Source of the DNA: Abditibacterium sp.
GTDB lineage: Bacteria > Armatimonadota > Abditibacteriia > Abditibacteriales > Abditibacteriaceae
Assembly (NCBI GenBank): GCA_965246885.1
Contig: OZ251992.1
Span: forward strand, 192,001 to 256,000
Direction: 5' to 3'
Length of the DNA stretch: 64,000 nucleotides
The notes below the pieces were generated by a model, which worked only from the letters and a program-made list of their open reading frames with translations, did no database searches and was not told the DNA's origin. Position numbers and translations under genes: made by a program. Shown here in pieces: positions 58,177 to 64,000 of the stretch; within the stretch, counting starts at the first letter, position 1; every line of letters begins with the position of its first letter.

Positions 58177-59100
58177 TTAGCCGAAGTTGCTTTGGGTGAT
58201 CTTGATGAACGCGGGGCCAAGGATCACGATAAAGAGCGCCGGGAAGATGAACAGCACGAGCGGGAAGGTCATCTTGATGGGCGCTTTTTGGGCGGCTTCG
58301 CGGGCGCGCTGGGCGCGGCGCTCGCGCAGGCGTTCGCTTTGCACCTTCAAGACGTTCGAGACGGCCAGACCCAACTGCTCGGCTTGCACGAGCGCGGTGA
58401 GGAGTGTAGTGAGATCGTGAACGTCCACGCGGCGCGACATATCGCGCAGCGCATCGCCCTGCGAGCGGCCCAAGCGCACTTCGTGGAGCGTGCGCAAGAA
58501 CTCCTCGGACAGGGGGTTGGGGAAGCGCTCGGAGATGCGCTGGATGGCGGCGATAAGGCCCAACCCCGCTTCGACGGAAATGGAGATCAGGTCAATGGTG
58601 TCAGGAAGCGCGAGTTGAATCTCTTTCTGGCGGGCTTTGATCCGCATGCCCAGCCAGATGTCGGGCAAGCGAAAGCCTTGGAACGCACCAAACGCCACGA
58701 ACGGGAAGAAGAACCACGCGGGCACCGCGACGCCCCACAAGGTGGCCACGACGCCCAGCGAGGGAAAGCCCAGCGCAAACAGGAGCGCGCCCACGAAAAT
58801 GGCGAGGAACTTGACGATCAAGAAGGTTTGGGCGCGCAGACCAAAGGGGAACCCGGCGCGCATGAGGCGCACGCGCAGATCGTCTTCGTTGATGCTGCGC
58901 CACAACGCCGAGCCGGGCGCGGTGATGCGCTCCAAGGATGGCCCCACGACGCGCGCCACAAAAGAAGCGGGCGGCGGCGCCGTCTCGACTTGGGGCATGA
59001 TGCGGTCGGTGAGGCGCCCACCACGCCGTCCGCGCGCATCGGAAGTAGGGGGGACGGGCGAGGAGGCGGGAGCGTTGGGAAGATTCGGAGATTCGCGCAT
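58177..59100 (-). CDS. tadC: Tad/Flp pilus assembly protein TadC (T2SSF family)
   Basis: LPDTIDLISISVEAGLGL..AI, QAEQLG, AQKAPIKMTFPLVLFIFPALF. Confidence 0.92.
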   Translation of the reverse strand: MRESPNLPNAPASSPVPPTSDARGRRGGRLTDRIMPQVETAPPPASFVARVVGPSLERITAPGSALWRSINEDDLRVRLMRAGFPFGLRAQTFLIVKFLAIFVGALLFALGFPSLGVVATLWGVAVPAWFFFPFVAFGAFQGFRLPDIWLGMRIKARQKEIQLALPDTIDLISISVEAGLGLIAAIQRISERFPNPLSEEFLRTLHEVRLGRSQGDALRDMSRRVDVHDLTTLLTALVQAEQLGLAVSNVLKVQSERLRERRAQRAREAAQKAPIKMTFPLVLFIFPALFIVILGPAFIKITQSNFG

Positions 59101-59130
59101 GATGAGTAGGTGGGCGGACGATAGCGGAAT

Positions 59131-60156
59131 TTAGACCTTGATGCTGACGATGCGCATGATGATGAAGAATCCCATCATTTGCAGCGCGATGGCGCCAAGA
59201 AGGAGAACATTCCCCATGCCGGTCGAAAAGAGCGGCTCGATGAAGGACGGCTCGTTGGGAGTGGTGGTCTTGCCGACAAAGTAAATGCCGGTGGCAACGA
59301 AAACGGGCAAAAAGCCCATGATGGCGCCCGTCAAGCGGCCCTGCGCGGTGAGGGTGCGAATCTCGCCCTTGATGCGCTGACGCTGGCGGACGACTTCGGC
59401 AATGAGTTCGAGCAACTGCGCGAGCGCGCCGCCGATTTCGCGCTGGATAATGACGGCAATCAAGACGAGGTTCAAGTCCGCCGATTGAACGCGCTCGCTC
59501 ATGGCGGTCAGGGCTTCGGCAACGGGCACGCCCAAAGATATTTCCTGCGTGGCGCGGGCGAACTCATCTTTAATGGGAGAGGGCGCCTCGCGTGCGACCA
59601 TTTCCATTGACTGCATAAAGGAGAAGCCCGCGCGGAGCGAGTTGCTCATCAGCATCAGGGTGTCGGCGAGTTGCTCATCGAACTTGCGAAAGAACGCGGC
59701 ACGCATGACTTTCACGTACAGCAGGGGCAACAGCATCGCAATGGGGGCGAGCAGGAACGACAGCAACGGCCAGCCCAATAGGAGAAAGGCGACGAACACC
59801 ACCATCGCTAAGACGAGCGAGCCAGCGACTAACTCGGTCGCGCGCCAAGGGGAGCGAACTTGGATTAGCTGGTTTTCAAGGTGCCCCAGAATGTTGTCGC
59901 CCTCGGCAAAGCGCGACAGGGTCGGCAAGAAAGTGGTTTTGCGCGCGGCTTTGAGGCGCTTTTCCTCTTCGCGCGCGAAGTTGCGGTCGAGTTGCTGGAG
60001 GTCGGCGTTGCCCAAGTCTACGAGGGGCATGGTCGCCACGCGGTGGATGCGCCGCACCATGTGCGCTTCGGTCGCCTCGTGCTGGCGGTCGAAGAAGCCA
60101 ATGACGATCAGGGAGAAGCCGCCTAAGATCATCGCGGCCATAATGAAGAGGAACAT
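59131..60156 (-). CDS. tadB: Tad/Flp pilus assembly protein TadB
   Basis: FDEQLADTL.LMSNSLRAGFS, IQREIGGAL, IRTLTAQGRL. Confidence 0.92.
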   Translation of the reverse strand: MFLFIMAAMILGGFSLIVIGFFDRQHEATEAHMVRRIHRVATMPLVDLGNADLQQLDRNFAREEEKRLKAARKTTFLPTLSRFAEGDNILGHLENQLIQVRSPWRATELVAGSLVLAMVVFVAFLLLGWPLLSFLLAPIAMLLPLLYVKVMRAAFFRKFDEQLADTLMLMSNSLRAGFSFMQSMEMVAREAPSPIKDEFARATQEISLGVPVAEALTAMSERVQSADLNLVLIAVIIQREIGGALAQLLELIAEVVRQRQRIKGEIRTLTAQGRLTGAIMGFLPVFVATGIYFVGKTTTPNEPSFIEPLFSTGMGNVLLLGAIALQMMGFFIIMRIVSIKV

Positions 60157-60252
60157 CGAGGTCTGCGCGCGCCGTGCGGCGCGCTTTGCATCCCCTTATC
60201 CACTTTTTTGGCCATTTGCGCCGCGAGCTTTAATGCCCAAGGTTGGGACGGC

Positions 60253-60699
60253 TTAATTCTCCGCTTCTATCTCCAACACCTTCTTCAAACGGCGAAGGTG
60301 CCGCTCCTCGCCGGAGAAGCGCGCGCCGAGAAAGGCGGTGACGACTTCCGTTGCGATGGCGGGGCCAATGATGCGCGCGCCCATCGTGATGACGTTCACG
60401 TCGTCGTGCTCGACGCCTTGGTGCGCGGTGTAAACATCGTGGGCGAGGGTGGCGCGCACGCCGCGAATCTTGTTAGCCGCGACCGTCACACCCGCGCCCG
60501 ACCCGCACACCAAAATCCCGCGCTCGGCCCGCCCGCTCGTCACCGCGCCGCCCACCAACCGCGCGAAGTCGGGATAATCGGACGGCGCCTCATTGCACGC
60601 GCCCATGTCCTCGACCTCGTGACCGAGCGACTCAATCAGCCCGCGCAACCCTTCCTTCAACTGAAACCCGGCGTGATCGCCGCCAATGGCAATTTTCAT
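60253..60699 (-). CDS. rpiB: Ribose-5-phosphate isomerase B
   Basis: IAIGGDHAG, DYPDFA, CGSGAG, ANKIRGVRA, RHLRRL. Confidence 0.96.
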   Translation of the reverse strand: MKIAIGGDHAGFQLKEGLRGLIESLGHEVEDMGACNEAPSDYPDFARLVGGAVTSGRAERGILVCGSGAGVTVAANKIRGVRATLAHDVYTAHQGVEHDDVNVITMGARIIGPAIATEVVTAFLGARFSGEERHLRRLKKVLEIEAEN

Positions 60700-60759
60700 T
60701 AGGCCTTAATTTAGCACGGCGAGACGGGGAGTTGCGGGCGACGACATACTGAGCGCGTT

Positions 60760-61089
60760 TTAATTACTAATCAGGCTGGCGCTTACGCGGTCTGCGGCAT
60801 AAAAGTAAAACCCAGTGGCGGCGACGACTGAGCCAACCAAGAGGCACTGAGAAGCAACTTGTCCTTTTGGCGAACGACTCAATTTGGCAGTCACAGCAGC
60901 ACAGCCGATGAGAGCGGGCCAGAATAGCTTGAGCTTGGGCAGGAGCGAGTAGAAAGCGTCCCTGCTCAAATCCCAAGTCGTGCCGAAAGCGACCGAAAAT
61001 ATGTAGGCGACGGCGAACGGTGCCGCAAGGCAAACGACGTTGAGCGGCACGCTAATATCTTCTGGTCGGAGTTTCGTCTGCCTTGCCAT
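60760..61089 (-). CDS. Small 3-TM hypothetical membrane protein
   Basis: Three hydrophobic segments; more AT-rich than its neighbours. Confidence 0.65.
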   Translation of the reverse strand: MARQTKLRPEDISVPLNVVCLAAPFAVAYIFSVAFGTTWDLSRDAFYSLLPKLKLFWPALIGCAAVTAKLSRSPKGQVASQCLLVGSVVAATGFYFYAADRVSASLISN

Positions 61090-61104
61090 AACTTTGGGTT
61101 AGCC

Positions 61105-62937
61105 TCAACTCGGATCAATGCCGTGTTCCAGTTCGGCCAAGGCTTCTTTGGGGCGCAGGGGGAGGTGGATGGTGAAGGTGGAGCCGCCGCCGAGTTGGGA
61201 GGCGACGTCTATGGTGCCTTCGTGCCGCTCGACCAAGTGTTTGACGAGGAAAAGGCCGATGCCGGTGCCTCCGGCTTGGCGGGTGTCGCGGTTGTCCACG
61301 CGCTCGAATTTCTGGAAAACGCGGTCAAGTTTGTCGGCGGCGATGCCCATGCCTTGGTCGTGGATGGAAATGGACAGGTCGTCTTCGCTGGCTTGGACAG
61401 TCACGAGGATGTCGCCGCCGTTGGGGGAGTACTTGACGGCGTTGGACAGCAGGTTGGTGAGTATCTGGTCGAACTTGTCGGAGTCGCCGAGCATCTGGAT
61501 GGGCTGGCCCAGATAATCAAGGATGAGGCGGTGCTTGTCGGTGTAGGAACGCTGGGCTTGGAGGGCGCGCTCGATGGCGGCGAGTGGCTCAAAGAGGCTC
61601 CAGTTCATTTGCAGCGCGCGGCCCGATTCGATGCGCGACACGTTGAGGAGGTCATCTATCAGGCGGCGCAAGCGATCGCACTCGGCGTCTATGATGGAGT
61701 AGAACTCGTGGCGAGAATTGCGGTCGAAGTAGTCGTCGGTGTCCTGAAGCAGGGTGGAAATAAAGCCCTTGATGGAGGTGAGGGGCGTGCGCAGTTCGTG
61801 CGAAACGGTCGAAACGAAGGCGGTCTTCATCCTGTCCACGTTGCGAATCTCGGTGATGTCGTTAAAAATGACGACGACGCCTAAAATCGCCGGGACGCCC
61901 GCTTTCTCGCCGCGCACGAACGCGGTCTGGGCTTGATAAATGCGCGCGTCGCTACGTCCGGGCAGTTCCACTTCTATTTCGGCGGCGCCCTCGTGCCCGT
62001 TCTGCGTGGCATCGCGTAGCAGTTGGACGATGCCCTCGTTCTTGATGGCGTCCTCAAAGTAGGCGCCGTCGCCCTCGCCTCCCGGCAACCCCAACAGCGC
62101 GCGCGCGGCGGGATTGAGCAGGGAAATGTGGCCCGTAGACTCAATCATCAGCACCCCCGACCCCATCGAAAGCAGCGTCGCTTGGAGTTGCTCTTTCTCC
62201 TCGGTCAGTTGCAAATACACCTGCGCGTCGGCGATGACGGCGGTGACTTGGTGCGCCATCACCGACAAAAGCGCCAAGTCTTCCGGCGTGAACGGCGACT
62301 TCCCGCGCTTGTTGAGGACTAAAAAGACGCCGACTTGCAAGTGCTCGTGCGTGCGGGCGAGGTTGTCGTGCCGCTCCAAGGTGAGCGGATACGCGATGAA
62401 GTTGCGCGCTTCGACGCGACGTGCCCACACCTGATCGAGCGGCATGAGGGTCGTGACATCGGTGACAACGCACGGCTCGCCGCTATCGAAAGCGCGCGCG
62501 GCAACGCCCTCGGTGCGCGACAAACGCAGCGTCCTCACTTGTTCGCGGGTTAAACCAATGGCGGGCGGGCGGGCCACCAGTTCGTCGCGTTCGCGGTCAT
62601 GCAATAAGAAGACGCACTTCTCGGCTTGCACGAGCATCGAAACGCGGCGCATGAGGCGCTGGAGGGTTTGTTCGAGTTCCGAGGCCGAGGGAAGGCCCGA
62701 CCCGTCGCGGGTGGCGAGGACGCGCAACGAGTCGGCGGTTTCGGCGCCGAGCAAGTCAAGGGGCACAACAGGGGGGGCTGTTGCCTTCCCGTCCTCCGAG
62801 TAATCGCCCTGAGCGGGGGGCGATGACGGGGGGAGGGCATCGCCTGAAGCGCCACCCGAATCGGCGGGCGCAAACAGGAGAGGGAATAAGCGGGGCATAA
62901 CGCGGACAGAAGCGTTCCAGCGGAGAAGCGAAGTCAC
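61105..62937 (-). CDS. Cytoplasmic GAF-PAS sensor histidine kinase
   Basis: GAF (LNKRGKSPFTPEDL), PAS (LLNPAA), VSHELRTPLTSIKG, NLLSNAVKYS, DQGMGI, GTGIGL. Start 62937 or 62898. Confidence 0.95.
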   Translation of the reverse strand: MTSLLRWNASVRVMPRLFPLLFAPADSGGASGDALPPSSPPAQGDYSEDGKATAPPVVPLDLLGAETADSLRVLATRDGSGLPSASELEQTLQRLMRRVSMLVQAEKCVFLLHDRERDELVARPPAIGLTREQVRTLRLSRTEGVAARAFDSGEPCVVTDVTTLMPLDQVWARRVEARNFIAYPLTLERHDNLARTHEHLQVGVFLVLNKRGKSPFTPEDLALLSVMAHQVTAVIADAQVYLQLTEEKEQLQATLLSMGSGVLMIESTGHISLLNPAARALLGLPGGEGDGAYFEDAIKNEGIVQLLRDATQNGHEGAAEIEVELPGRSDARIYQAQTAFVRGEKAGVPAILGVVVIFNDITEIRNVDRMKTAFVSTVSHELRTPLTSIKGFISTLLQDTDDYFDRNSRHEFYSIIDAECDRLRRLIDDLLNVSRIESGRALQMNWSLFEPLAAIERALQAQRSYTDKHRLILDYLGQPIQMLGDSDKFDQILTNLLSNAVKYSPNGGDILVTVQASEDDLSISIHDQGMGIAADKLDRVFQKFERVDNRDTRQAGGTGIGLFLVKHLVERHEGTIDVASQLGGGSTFTIHLPLRPKEALAELEHGIDPS

Positions 62938-63004
62938 GGCCCTTGCGTCGAAGGGCCGTGACCGGAGTATGAACGCGCCGCCCCTAAACGGGCAAAGCGC
63001 GGGC

Positions 63005-63403
63005 CTACGGGTTGGAGTGGCCGTTTTGAGGCGCGCTCGTGGGCTTGGCTTCGCCCGCTTTCTTGGACGGCTTGCGCGGGCGTTCGGGACGCGACAAATC
63101 GGCGAGTGTGGACATGCGCTGCAAAGCGCGGTGAAAAGACAATAAATCGCCCGACGAAATGGCGTTTTGGTCGAGGAAACGGTCGCGCTCGTCGTAGCTC
63201 ATCTCGTCGCGGGGCGCGTCGAAGATGGACGGATCCCAGTCAAGGCGCGCGATGAACTCCTCGCCCATCTGCTTGCAATGACGGCAGCGATATTTGACGT
63301 AGACGACTTCCTCGCCCGAAGAGCGCTCGTAAGGTTCCAGGCGCAGCACTTCGCGGCCCACAACGTGATGGCCGCACCGACAACGCACAAGAGGTTTGCT
63401 CAT
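63005..63403 (-). CDS. Small Zn-ribbon-like hypothetical protein
   Basis: VRCRCG...KYRCRHCK; TATACT upstream. Confidence 0.7.
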   Translation of the reverse strand: MSKPLVRCRCGHHVVGREVLRLEPYERSSGEEVVYVKYRCRHCKQMGEEFIARLDWDPSIFDAPRDEMSYDERDRFLDQNAISSGDLLSFHRALQRMSTLADLSRPERPRKPSKKAGEAKPTSAPQNGHSNP

Positions 63404-63522
63404 AGGAATAGACGCGCCAGTATAACGACGAACTCCCCCGCCCCCATCCTGACGCACCTTTTAAGACGTAAAGCCCGCCCCTTCGTGCCACGTGGCTTTC
63501 GACTTGCGACGAGGAGGGGCAA

Positions 63523-63816
63523 ATGAACGACCAAACACCACTCGAACAAGCCCAGCAGCAACGCGACGAACAGGCTCACAACATCGCCGCCTCACACGAA
63601 GCGACCCGCGAAGACAAAACCCCGCTCGAACGCGCCCAAGAGCAAACGCAGCTTAATGCGCGCAACCTTGCCGACGCGCGCGAAGAATCACTTGAAGCTC
63701 ACTCCAACGCGCGCCAACAGGAGGGAGTGGACACCCACACCGACGCCCCCGGTGGCATCGGCAAGTCGGGCCAAGCGCCCAACCCGCGCACGCAACCCAC
63801 GCGTGACTCGCGCTGA
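63523..63816 (+). CDS. Hydrophilic repeat protein
   Basis: AGGAGG SD; internal duplication DQTPLEQAQQQ / DKTPLERAQEQ. Confidence 0.75.
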   Translation: MNDQTPLEQAQQQRDEQAHNIAASHEATREDKTPLERAQEQTQLNARNLADAREESLEAHSNARQQEGVDTHTDAPGGIGKSGQAPNPRTQPTRDSR

Positions 63817-63856
63817 GGGCACCGCTTCCACATACTCCGGCGGACTGTCGGCGTCC

Positions 63857-64000
63857 GTCTGGGAATGATTCCCAGACGGACGCCGAAGACTAACGGACGT
63901 CTGTCATTGAACGGCGGACGTCTGTCATTGAACGGCGGACGTTCCTCACGCAGTCGCGGACGTCCGCCGCCAGTTGGCGGACGCCCGCCAATTGGCGGCA
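63857..64000. repeat. 21-bp-period modular array, family A
   Basis: ACG anchors at 63876, 63897, 63918, 63939, 63960 and 63981; gtctgtcattgaacggcggac twice exactly; runs to the window end. Confidence 0.88.

Noticed and set aside
1..64000. tRNA/rRNA genes or prophage
   Set aside because: No cloverleaf or rRNA signatures and no phage structural genes seen by eye; tRNAscan and Infernal were not run.

Overview
A GC-rich bacterial chromosomal segment. The DUF1559 prepilin-like gene next to a LacI regulator and the overall gene content suggest Armatimonadota/Abditibacteriota (inference). It holds about 60 CDS. Housekeeping genes: amtB, folD, trxA, holB, tmk, mrp/apbC, iscS-like, gatC, gatA, gatB, def, trpA, recO, rpiB. 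It also contains a LacI-DUF1559-GH39-like carbohydrate unit, a five-gene catabolic operon for an unknown sugar, an intact solitary tyrosine recombinase, a 1940-aa CSLREA/beta-helix surface protein in a block separating gatCA from gatB, and an orphan tadBC pair. No rRNA, tRNA or CRISPR array was recognised. The least explained signal is non-coding: five intergenic arrays with a strict 21-bp period fall into two families, one made of mixed-orientation units joined at GAC|GTC palindromes. There are also three further long inverted-repeat element types, one REPIN-like with compensatory changes, and -10 boxes sit 6-9 nt upstream of many start codons (leaderless architecture). All family assignments are from motif recognition, not database searches.
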